Positions 51,995 through 60,691 of a stretch of DNA of 64,000 nt are shown here, piece by piece. Source of the DNA: Polyangia bacterium (lineage in GTDB: Bacteria > Myxococcota_A > Polyangia > JAAYKL01). The stretch spans positions 64,001 to 128,000 of the forward strand of contig JBNKCR010000055.1 in assembly GCA_050287845.1 (NCBI GenBank), written 5' to 3'. A model generated the notes under the pieces. The model was not told where the DNA came from. It ran no database searches and worked only from the letters and a program-made list of their open reading frames with translations. Numbering within the stretch: position 1 is the first letter of the stretch; the number at the start of each line of letters is the position of its first letter. The translations under genes and the position numbers were made by a program.

Positions 51995-53425
51995 ATGAAC
52001 GTATTCAGGATTCTTTTTATAATATCCCTTTTTGCGGCGATAGTGATTAATGCAGCGGGTTGCAAAACAGAGAACACCGATAGCGGTACCGAATCTGGCA
52101 GCGAAAGTGATACGGATAGTGATTCTGATTCTGATTCCGATACGGATACAGATACGGACACGGATACAGATACGGACACGGATACAGACACGGATACAGA
52201 TACGGACACGGATACAGATACAGATACAGATACAGATACAGATACGGACACGGACACGGATACAGATAATGATTCCGATACGGATACTGATAGTGATTCT
52301 GATTCTGATTCCGATACGGATACGGATACAGATTCCGATTCCGATACGGATACGGATATCGACACGGATTCCGATACCGGGAGCGACACTCAATCGGGAC
52401 AGTTGCTTCCCGGGGATATAGCGGCAGCTGCAGGTACACCATTTGTTGCAGCACATGCCCTGACACGTGCGTTGTTTGGATCCTACGACGGGCCGCTGTT
52501 CACAGCGCTACGGGTATCGGACAATCAGGAGCAGGATATTGGTGTGGTGTCTCCCGGTGGGCTTGTAGATCTTGATGCCCTTGAATCGTTTTGTGCGGGG
52601 ACATCCTGTAAACTGACCACGCTGTACGATCAGACTGAAAATAAAAATGACATGTGGCGTGGGGATGTCGATTGGAATATGCCGGGAACACCGAAATCCT
52701 GCGATTTGATGGACATTGAGTACTGGGAGTCGTCAGACGGCAAGAAATTCCCCATTGCCCTGGAGCATGGTTACCCCCCGGAGAGTTCATGGAAGGAACG
52801 GTCGCAATGTCTGAGGAACAGAGATAAAACAACAAATATGCCGCTTGGTGCGAAGCCTCAGACCACCTATGCCATCTTTCATGCGAAGTATTTGAATGAC
52901 AACTGTTGTTTCAACTACGGTAATACGGGTAATCTGATTCACTACACTGGCCCTGGTACCTTGAGTGCATTGACTGTTTCAACGATGACTCTGTGGTCAA
53001 AAGGAGAAGGCACGGGACCGTGGCCAATGGTAGACTGGGAAACCGGTGTGTATGCGGGAAATGTGGCAAAATGTGATTCCGGTGCGGCTTGCCCCAATTG
53101 CACCGCCACTGGAGAAAATCCGAATCCGTCAGTGCCCTACGACATTATTACGGCATTGTTTAAACATGATGGCACCGCGCATTGGCAAGTGAAAGCCGGA
53201 AACTCGAAGGAAGGCTCCCTTGCAGTTCACATTGATCTTCCAACCCTGCCGGAAGGTGGATATTCGCCCCTCCAACAGGAAGGCGGGCTTGCCCTTGGCG
53301 AAGGTGGTGCCGGGGATACGAATGGTTCTGGCGGTTTCTCCGAAGGTGCGGTGATGGCGGGAGAAACCACTGATCAGACGGATGAGGCGATACAGGCGAG
53401 TATTGTGAGCGTTTATGGTTTATAG
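51995..53425 (+). CDS. Lipoprotein with (Asp-Thr)n linker and GH54 (alpha-L-arabinofuranosidase B-type) catalytic-like domain
   Basis: Lipobox [52 protein letters not shown] and [12 protein letters not shown]. Confidence 0.85.
   Translation: MNVFRILFIISLFAAIVINAAGCKTENTDSGTESGSESDTDSDSDSDSDTDTDTDTDTDTDTDTDTDTDTDTDTDTDTDTDTDTDTDTDTDNDSDTDTDSDSDSDSDTDTDTDSDSDTDTDIDTDSDTGSDTQSGQLLPGDIAAAAGTPFVAAHALTRALFGSYDGPLFTALRVSDNQEQDIGVVSPGGLVDLDALESFCAGTSCKLTTLYDQTENKNDMWRGDVDWNMPGTPKSCDLMDIEYWESSDGKKFPIALEHGYPPESSWKERSQCLRNRDKTTNMPLGAKPQTTYAIFHAKYLNDNCCFNYGNTGNLIHYTGPGTLSALTVSTMTLWSKGEGTGPWPMVDWETGVYAGNVAKCDSGAACPNCTATGENPNPSVPYDIITALFKHDGTAHWQVKAGNSKEGSLAVHIDLPTLPEGGYSPLQQEGGLALGEGGAGDTNGSGGFSEGAVMAGETTDQTDEAIQASIVSVYGL
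52075..52390 (+). repeat. 6-bp-period low-complexity repeat encoding the DT/DS linker
   Basis: GATACG/GATACA/GACACG/GATTCT arrays. Confidence 0.95.
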
Positions 53426-53454
53426 CTCCCTGGGTTTCCCGTTCTCACCGGGGG

Positions 53455-54984
53455 TCAAACCCCCGAGCGAAGCTGGTTATAGAGGGGCGCTGCAGCGGCG
53501 AGAAACCCGGGCTGTTTCTGTTCTCCCTGCAGCAGCACGTTGAGCGCGTCCTGTTTCCGGCCCACGTCGTTGAGAACCACCGACAGATCGTAATAGGCGT
53601 CCATATTGGTGGCATCCGACACCTGAACGGCTTTTTTCAGGTACTCAATGCCGTCACTGGAGCGGTTCAGTCTGTGTAGTGTCACTCCCAGTCCCTTTAA
53701 GGCGTAGGCATCGTTGGGAGACCGGCGCAGAATTTGTTCATTGGCGTCTTTCGCTGCCTCAAAATTTCCCAGGGAGAATGAAACGAATCCCAGCAATGCC
53801 AGCGCATCGGCATTGTCGGCTGAGAGGTCCAGAATACGCTGAAGGGTCAGTTCCGCCAGTTGCCACTTTTGATTTTGCACATAGCTCCAGGCCACATCAG
53901 TCAGGGTTTTTATGTCAGTGAACTTTTGGAGATTCTCCCGGGTTTTTTCCAGAGCCAGATGGTAGGAGCAATAGACATTTTCTGAGTACAGCGTTCCGTT
54001 GAGTGTCAGGCGGGTATTGGGACAGCCGCCCAGACACACGTCTCCGTATGTACAGGTGGCGCAGTCTCCGCCCAGATCAGTCTTTTTCATGTTTCTGGAC
54101 CAGCTGAATGTGCTGTTGTCATTCCATATGTCAATCAGAGAGCGCTTGCGAATGTTTCCCTCGATCATCGACTCATCGCGAATGGAGGTGCATCCCAGCA
54201 CATCGCCGTTGTGCAGCAGACCAAAGCTTCGTTTACCCGCGTTGCACCCCTGCCAGTAAACCGGCATCTGAGTACCAATGCTGATTTGACGCACAATGGA
54301 TTCGTTGCCGGTAAAGTAGCCGAGACAATCGGCCGGGAACACTTTAATTTTGCCCTCCAGAGTGGTCTGATATGCGTAATCCAGCAGATCATCCACTGCC
54401 TGTTTGTCAATGACCAGATCGCGATGGTTTGCCATGTTGCCCATGGGTAATCCAATCTGCAATTGCCACAAATCGACCTCATTGGAAATGAGTATTTCTT
54501 TAATAGCGTCGAGCTGGTGAATATTCTCCTTGGTCACAGTGGTGTTGGCCGCACTGGTATGTTTGTGACGACGCAAGACCTGAAACGCGGAGATGACCCG
54601 GTCGAAGGACCCTTTCTTGCGAATTTTATCGTGGGTGTCCTTTACTCCATCCAGGCTGATGGAGATGGTTTCAACTCCGTTTGCTGCTGCGGTTTTGACC
54701 ATATCGTCATCTACCAGCCATCCATTGGTGATGATATTGGGGATGATACCGTTGCGAAAAAGCCTGCCCGCCAGTTGTGGCCAATCTTTGCGGGTGAGCG
54801 GCTCGCCGCCGGACAACGTAATCCAGCGCATTCCCAGCGCCGCCATATCGTCACATACCCTGAGGGCTTCCTCCGTGGTCAGCTCGTCGGCCAGGGCATC
54901 CTTACATGAAGACCCGCAATGGTTGCAGCGCATATTGCATCCCATGGTAATTTCCCAGACTGCAGTGAGTGGTGTGTAGTCCAT
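53455..54984 (-). CDS. Radical SAM/SPASM maturase with C-terminal TPR domain
   Basis: AVWEITMGCNMRCNHCGS, SGGEP, WQLQI..PMG, WQGCNAG...GDVLGC, CATCTYGDVCLGGC and YC; about 4 TPRs. Confidence 0.92.
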   Translation of the reverse strand: MDYTPLTAVWEITMGCNMRCNHCGSSCKDALADELTTEEALRVCDDMAALGMRWITLSGGEPLTRKDWPQLAGRLFRNGIIPNIITNGWLVDDDMVKTAAANGVETISISLDGVKDTHDKIRKKGSFDRVISAFQVLRRHKHTSAANTTVTKENIHQLDAIKEILISNEVDLWQLQIGLPMGNMANHRDLVIDKQAVDDLLDYAYQTTLEGKIKVFPADCLGYFTGNESIVRQISIGTQMPVYWQGCNAGKRSFGLLHNGDVLGCTSIRDESMIEGNIRKRSLIDIWNDNSTFSWSRNMKKTDLGGDCATCTYGDVCLGGCPNTRLTLNGTLYSENVYCSYHLALEKTRENLQKFTDIKTLTDVAWSYVQNQKWQLAELTLQRILDLSADNADALALLGFVSFSLGNFEAAKDANEQILRRSPNDAYALKGLGVTLHRLNRSSDGIEYLKKAVQVSDATNMDAYYDLSVVLNDVGRKQDALNVLLQGEQKQPGFLAAAAPLYNQLRSGV

Positions 54985-55002
54985 AGTTGTATCCTTCTTG
55001 AG

Positions 55003-55045
55003 AAAAAATGTCCGCAGACCCCCGTTTGTTTGTGGAGGTCTGCGG
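55003..55045 (-). terminator. Intra-operon stem-loop / partial intrinsic terminator
   Basis: Minus strand CCGCAGACCTCC-10 nt loop-GGGGGTCTGCGG, followed after 3 nt by TTTTTT; lies between the precursor and SPASM genes. Confidence 0.65.
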
Positions 55046-55067
55046 CAAAATTTGCGATTGATTGTTA

Positions 55068-56033
55068 TCAGCAGCAGCCGTTGGATGTAAACGGTGCGGC
55101 GTACGGTTGAATCATCGTTGCGCCACCCATTGCTGACGGTGCGGCATAACGGACAACCATTGGCGCGGCATACAGCGGCTGCGCGCCGGCGGTAATCGGC
55201 GCAGCGTACAATACGGTAATGGGCGCGGTGTTCAAACAGGCTGCCTGAGTCATCGGTGCCGCGTACAATACGGTAATGGGCGCGGTGTTCAACCCGGCTG
55301 CCTGAGTCATCGGTGCGGCGTACAACACCGTTATGGGCGCTGCAGCCAGATTTTGTGCGGCAATCATATTGGCCTGCGCGGCCATCGTTGCGGGGTCGGC
55401 AAATCCCAGTTGTCCAGGTTGCGCTGCCATAGTGGATGCCTGGGCCATGGGCGCAGCATAGACTACCAGTGGACAGGTCATAGCGGCGACCGGTGACGAC
55501 TGGGCCATTGGCGCAGCGTAGACCACTTGAGGCGTCATGGCGTTTAATGACGCGGCCTGTACCATGGGAGCTGCGTAGATAACCTGTGGTGGCGCGGTGC
55601 CCGCATTGCCGTAGCTCATGGGTACGGCGTATTTAAGAACCGCCGACGCATTGGCGGCATCACCTACATTGACCGCCTGGGCATTGGTAAACGCCCTGCC
55701 GTCCATTGCTCTGGAAATTTCGTCCGCTGCGGATTTCAGTGTTTGGCTGATTTCAATTTCATACACCGCCGTATCCCCGGATTCTCCTGGACGCCATGGG
55801 GCCATAAGTTCAAAGACTACTTTGTAGGTACCGTCTTTAATTGCCAGCAGGTCGAACGTCTGATTCACCGGTGCGATACCAGGACCGGTGGGGGCGGTGG
55901 TGGTACAGGATAACGCCAGTCCCCCATCGAGGGTTGTAAGATACCACGAATAACCGGTGGACCCTGCCATGGACTGCAGGGTAATCTGAACCGGTTGTCC
56001 TACAAAAGCTGTGATTTTTTTTGGCTCTGTCAT
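55068..56033 (-). CDS. Chagasin/I42-like domain fused to a ten-copy YA(A/V)P array; candidate RiPP precursor
   Basis: N-terminal ~95 aa with STGYSW and APW motifs; 9x YAAP and 1x YAVP; AAGGAG RBS; ATGA overlap with the upstream gene. Confidence 0.8.
   Translation of the reverse strand: MTEPKKITAFVGQPVQITLQSMAGSTGYSWYLTTLDGGLALSCTTTAPTGPGIAPVNQTFDLLAIKDGTYKVVFELMAPWRPGESGDTAVYEIEISQTLKSAADEISRAMDGRAFTNAQAVNVGDAANASAVLKYAVPMSYGNAGTAPPQVIYAAPMVQAASLNAMTPQVVYAAPMAQSSPVAAMTCPLVVYAAPMAQASTMAAQPGQLGFADPATMAAQANMIAAQNLAAAPITVLYAAPMTQAAGLNTAPITVLYAAPMTQAACLNTAPITVLYAAPITAGAQPLYAAPMVVRYAAPSAMGGATMIQPYAAPFTSNGCC
55204..55340 (-). repeat. 57-bp tandem repeat (about 2.4 copies) within the YAAP array
   Basis: GCGTACAA recurs at 55204, 55261 and 55318; encodes APITVLYAAPMTQAA(G/C)LNT. 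Confidence 0.9.
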
Positions 56034-57511
56034 TGTCGCGTCTCCTTATGTGACGGGGTTGATTCAGAGCAGGCTGCCTCTCTGAGACCAGCAAGCCCTG
56101 ACGCAGAAAACGGCGCTTCGGTTCCAGGGAAGAACTGCAGCACCGGTATTGGCGACGATGTCTGAAACATATCCATGCCTTCTCTGTTTTTCCCACTGAG
56201 GCTCTGCAAAGAGGTGATGGTGTTGTGCACCTCTCGAACCTCTGACGGCAGCAGGGAAATACCAGTGCGAAACAGATAATGGTTTCTGAAAAAACCGTAG
56301 TCGTCATACATGGCTTCATGAAGCACTTCTTTTTGGCGCTGTTCCTCCCAGAGTCGGGAGCCAGGAATCTGGCAATACCACTGCAGCAGAGCGCGCACCC
56401 CATAGGTGCTGTACAGATGGAACGCGAAATGCACCGTCTGAAGCACCTCGCTCTTTGTTTCCCACGGCAATCCGATAATAAATGAGAAATCGGCCCTCTC
56501 GGCCAGCTGATATTTATTCAATAGCTCGGCTGCTTTTTCGAGGCGGGCGATTGTAGACCCCTTGCCCACTTTTTTTAGCCCAGCGTCGTATCCACACTCC
56601 GCACCCACTAGAAACTGGTGAGCAAATGGCTGCACCGCGGCAACAAATGGTTCTTTGTTCAGGTCATTGGCACGGGCGTCAAATACAATTTTGGGCGACA
56701 TGCCACGGCGCTCAAATATATTGCAAATTTCGATGCAGCGTTCCGTGCGCAGGGTAAATTCGTCGTCGATAATTTGAAGAAGTCCTTTTTGAGTATAGAA
56801 AGTATAGGGAAGCACCTGTGCCACACGGTCGGCAAATGCCTCCGGGGACATGCCGCGCCAGCTCTTTCGGTGAACGGTGCTGCAGAAGGAGCAGTCAAAC
56901 GGACACCCCCTTGAGGACTCAATGGCCAGGCCGGTGTATACCCCCTGCGGCAATGACGCGTATTCCGGAATGGGCAGTCGCGCCAGAGCCGATTCGTCGA
57001 GTACGGGGCCAATGGGATTGCGCACAATGTTCCCCGCCAGGCTTCGATATGTCAGATTGGGCACCCTGCGAATATCTGCCCCCGCTTCCAGCACAGCACA
57101 CAGCTGAGGCAGCGCCACCTCTGCCTCTCCGCGAATGACGAACGTGGCATCTACGCTGGAGAGCAGCCAGCTGTCAAACATAGTGGCGTGGATACCGCCA
57201 AGGACAATGGGGGTTTGTGGCAGTACAGCACGAATCTCGGACACCAGCTCTTTGGCCGTGGGCCAGGACAGCGAGCTGATACCAATGCCGATGAGATGGC
57301 TTGTAGCCAGATGCCGCCAGTGATTGCTCAGGTCTCTGGACCCCTGGGAAATCAGGTCCACGATTTGAACGTCGTGCCCCTGTTGTCTCAACACAGCTGC
57401 CAGCAGGTACACGCCGTATGGCGGGCAGGTACGGACGGCATCCATGGAAATGGGCATCAGCCGACCGTCCTGAAAATCCATTAGCGGCGGACTCAGCAGC
57501 GAAATCTTCAT
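56030..57511 (-). CDS. Cobalamin-binding radical SAM protein (class B methyltransferase-like)
   Basis: PPYGVYLLAAVLR..GHDVQIVD, IVLGGIHAT, RGEAE, SSRGCPFDCSFC and FIIGLPWET. Start at MKISLL after an AAGGGGGAG RBS. Confidence 0.92.
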   Translation of the reverse strand: MKISLLSPPLMDFQDGRLMPISMDAVRTCPPYGVYLLAAVLRQQGHDVQIVDLISQGSRDLSNHWRHLATSHLIGIGISSLSWPTAKELVSEIRAVLPQTPIVLGGIHATMFDSWLLSSVDATFVIRGEAEVALPQLCAVLEAGADIRRVPNLTYRSLAGNIVRNPIGPVLDESALARLPIPEYASLPQGVYTGLAIESSRGCPFDCSFCSTVHRKSWRGMSPEAFADRVAQVLPYTFYTQKGLLQIIDDEFTLRTERCIEICNIFERRGMSPKIVFDARANDLNKEPFVAAVQPFAHQFLVGAECGYDAGLKKVGKGSTIARLEKAAELLNKYQLAERADFSFIIGLPWETKSEVLQTVHFAFHLYSTYGVRALLQWYCQIPGSRLWEEQRQKEVLHEAMYDDYGFFRNHYLFRTGISLLPSEVREVHNTITSLQSLSGKNREGMDMFQTSSPIPVLQFFPGTEAPFSASGLAGLREAACSESTPSHKETRQ

Positions 57512-58045
57512 GCGACTCCCCCTTGTCGTTTCGCGATTCCAGCTCAAGACATAAACAGATTTTGCTCTTGCGACAACGCAAGGTGCATTTCTCTGCCTTT
57601 TCAAAATGTGCCTGTTCTCAAATGCTAGCACCATTCGTCAGCGGGGCAACTGTGACCTCCAAAAAAAGCAGCGGCACTACCAATAACGGGTCGATAGTAT
57701 GGGATAACGAGGTCGGACGTTCTCTGGACATGTTCTAATAATCGCGATACGCACAGTTATAAGTGCGGCATTCACCTATAAGCTCGTCGTTTCCTTGAGC
57801 AGTACAGCGGTTCATGCGTGTTCGTTATTTTCATTGAATCTCTAAAAGATCAGCGAAAATATATTGGACGACATCGCGATCCCCCTGTAGATTCATTGGC
57901 CTCCCTTGACATCTTCTTCCAAACAATTGCAAAAAAAAACGTTTTTGGCAGATCTGGAATCAATCGAGTTCCAAAATAATGCTATGAAAAATAATTCTAT
58001 TCATGTAATTTAGAACAAATAACATATTTAATATGAGGAGACGAT

Positions 58046-59959
58046 ATGAAAAGGACCAACGTTAAAATGATTTATAAAAATGCGATAGGATGGGCTGTGG
58101 TATTGGTGTTCGTCGCAGCTTGTACGCAACAACAAGAGATTTTGGAAACCACAGTTATGCCCGATGCAAAAGCAATCGCAAACGGTACCATTTCTTCTGA
58201 TCCTCGTGCAGTCGGCGCTATTGTGAAAGCGATAGCGGGAACCGGGTACATGGGCGCAATATGTACCGGAACCCTTATCGATGAACACTGGGTAGTCACG
58301 ACAGCAAGTTGCGTTGAAAACAATTCTTTAGAAAGCACACCTCGCTTGACCTATTTTGTGGTCGGACAAGATGCAAGTATCACTGAGAATCATACCTTCT
58401 TTGCAGATGTCGACATTCTGCAAATTGATCGCATCAAACTTCATCCCGGCTGGGATTCCGCCAATGCCACAGAAAATAATGTTGCACTGCTTCATCTGGC
58501 GTTGTCTCCCAGTGAAGCTGGAATCACCGACGTTCCCGCCCTGCCTGTCTACACCGGGAATTTGAGTGCGGCAGTGGGAAGCAGCGTCACCTATTACGGC
58601 TATGGATCCGTTGATGAAGATGCCACCTCTCTGGGAATAAAACGGTCATTCATCACGACCATCGGCAGCACCGAGGTGGCCTGGTTCTCAAGTGAGAATG
58701 AGGGGGCGCCATTTTTTGATGCCGATTCGGGCAGTGGCGCCATCGTGAATGGTTCTGTGGCGGGCGTAATGTTCGCTCAAACAAATTCAGTACCTGCGGC
58801 CGTGGTTTCAACGAGGCTGGATACATACAGCAGCTGGATTGACACCGTGATCGGTTCGGTTCCCGATTGCAACATCACCGCCCAAAGCTGTTCTTGTGAC
58901 GCCGCATGCAACACTGACGGCTCTTGCGACAACACGGTTTGTGAAAAAACAAATTGTATGGATTTGTATGATTGTATTGCCGTGTGTGCGGACCAGGAAT
59001 GTGTAGATGCATGTTATGTGGCAGGGAGCGAAATCGCGAGAGAAAACTACAATGCATTAAATCAATGTAGCCTAAGCAATTGCAATCCGGCCCCGGACGG
59101 GATGGAATTTTTAGAATGCTTACAGACGTATTGCGAACTCGAATTGGATACTTGTGTAGACCTTGCGCCGCCGTGCACAATTACCGGAGGGGATTGTGCT
59201 CCGGGATTTGCATGCTATGCCACAGCAAGTGGAGACTTTGCATGTTTTCCGTCGGATCAATTGGATATTGGAACATCATGCGACGCTACCCTCTCAGATA
59301 CACTTCCGTGTGATGACGGTGCCCTTTGTCTGCCCGATGAAACCTGTCATGCCTTTTGTATTGAAGATACCCACTGCGACACCGATGAATATTGCGCCAA
59401 GCCACTGTGGACAGACGTCGACAATGTCGGCGCGTGCATGATGCGCCCCGATGATACAGATACAAATACGGACACAATGTCAGATACAAGTACTGAAACC
59501 GATACCGCCATAGAAGTGGATACAGAAACATTGACAGACACAGATACCGGAATCAGTGTGGACACAGCCACGGACACTGCCACCGATACCTACGCCGATG
59601 CCGATGCTGACACGGATACCGACACGGCTACCGACATGGACACCCATGCTGACACGGGTACAGACAGCGATGCAGATGGTGACAGTGACACCGACACGGA
59701 TACCAACGCCGATACCGATACGGCCACCGACATGGACACTCATGCCGACATGGGTACCGATAGTGACAGTGACAGCGACACTGAAATGAATGCGACCATA
59801 GATAGCGATACAGGTGCCCCGGGAGATTCTGACACCCACGATTCCGATAGTGATTTCGATATTGACGCAGATATATCAGAAGGCTCAGATGATGGAGGAT
59901 GTGGCTGTGTCCTCTCGACATTTTCCGTTCGAAAAACAAGTCTGTGGCAACTGCTGTAG
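58046..59959 (+). CDS. Trypsin-like (S1) surface protein, probably catalytically inactive, with Cys-rich repeats, DT linker and GCGC tail
   Basis: Lipobox VAAC, CTGTLIDEHWVVTTASCV, HPGW, NNVALLHL, DADSGSG and TRLDTYSSWI; ends SDDGGCGC...SLWQLL. Confidence 0.85.
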   Translation: MKRTNVKMIYKNAIGWAVVLVFVAACTQQQEILETTVMPDAKAIANGTISSDPRAVGAIVKAIAGTGYMGAICTGTLIDEHWVVTTASCVENNSLESTPRLTYFVVGQDASITENHTFFADVDILQIDRIKLHPGWDSANATENNVALLHLALSPSEAGITDVPALPVYTGNLSAAVGSSVTYYGYGSVDEDATSLGIKRSFITTIGSTEVAWFSSENEGAPFFDADSGSGAIVNGSVAGVMFAQTNSVPAAVVSTRLDTYSSWIDTVIGSVPDCNITAQSCSCDAACNTDGSCDNTVCEKTNCMDLYDCIAVCADQECVDACYVAGSEIARENYNALNQCSLSNCNPAPDGMEFLECLQTYCELELDTCVDLAPPCTITGGDCAPGFACYATASGDFACFPSDQLDIGTSCDATLSDTLPCDDGALCLPDETCHAFCIEDTHCDTDEYCAKPLWTDVDNVGACMMRPDDTDTNTDTMSDTSTETDTAIEVDTETLTDTDTGISVDTATDTATDTYADADADTDTDTATDMDTHADTGTDSDADGDSDTDTDTNADTDTATDMDTHADMGTDSDSDSDTEMNATIDSDTGAPGDSDTHDSDSDFDIDADISEGSDDGGCGCVLSTFSVRKTSLWQLL

Positions 59960-60179
59960 CGCAGATCAGAATTTGAGAATGCGGCCAATCAGTCCTCTAT
60001 GCCACGAAATCCAAAACCATGAACACAACGGCGACAACTTTGACATCAGTTTTAATCGGCTGACAAAAAAATGTTCGAATTCTGCAGCGGCATTGTTATA
60101 TTCTCCTGGAATCTTCCGATAACGAGGTTAATATTATGTATTCTCAAATTGATTTATTTGCACGGAAGGATTTCAACAA

Positions 60180-60536
60180 ATGACAACGCTAAAACAGCTG
60201 TTGGATGAATTGATAAAAATCGAAGGTATCATAGCCGCGGTAGTGGTTAGCCGGGATGGTTTTCTGGTGGAAGGCGCGACGCGTGAGAGGAATGTGGACA
60301 TGGACGCGATGGCAGCGGTCATTTCCGCCGGGGTGAGTTCCTCAGAAGTGATGGCCCTCCAGTTGTCTGTGGGAGAGCCGCAATTGAACATGATTGAATG
60401 TACAAAGGGCATGATAATTACAGCAACGCTGGGAGACGATGCTGTCATGGCGGTAACGGCAGACCCTGATGCGAAAATTGGCAGCATTCGTTATAACTTG
60501 AAAAAGCAACTCCCCAACATCGCGGCATCTGTTTAG
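60180..60536 (+). CDS. Roadblock/LC7-domain protein (MglB-like)
   Basis: IEGIIAAVVVSRDGFLV and AKIGSIRY; 118 aa; AAGGA RBS. Confidence 0.88.
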   Translation: MTTLKQLLDELIKIEGIIAAVVVSRDGFLVEGATRERNVDMDAMAAVISAGVSSSEVMALQLSVGEPQLNMIECTKGMIITATLGDDAVMAVTADPDAKIGSIRYNLKKQLPNIAASV

Positions 60537-60691
60537 ACGCTGTTCAAAGCAGTTTGACGGCGTTGTGGGGATTGAATCCCGCGGTAGCGGTAAAAACAGA
60601 CCGGTTTCTGCAACACGGGATTTGCATACCTCACGCAGCCATCGATATTGGGGATAAGTGAAATTGCTTTGTTATTTATGGGATGCTGTAC

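Noticed and set aside
52075..52390. Possible CRISPR array
   Set aside because: The period is 6 bp, there are no unique spacers, it is in frame within a CDS, and no cas genes are present.
51796..52466. ORFs encoding SVSVSV, IRIRIC, YPYPCL and RIQIRT repeats
   Set aside because: They are alternative-frame and antisense shadows of the DT-linker repeat in the GH54 lipoprotein.
57512..57840. Possible extra small precursor ORF or N-terminal extension upstream of the B12 radical SAM
   Set aside because: Only a 37-aa ORF without RBS or motif is present; the RBS supports the start at 57511.
59347..59988. Antisense and alternate-frame low-complexity ORFs, including a Cys/His-rich one
   Set aside because: They are shadows of the DT/DA linker of the trypsin-like gene.
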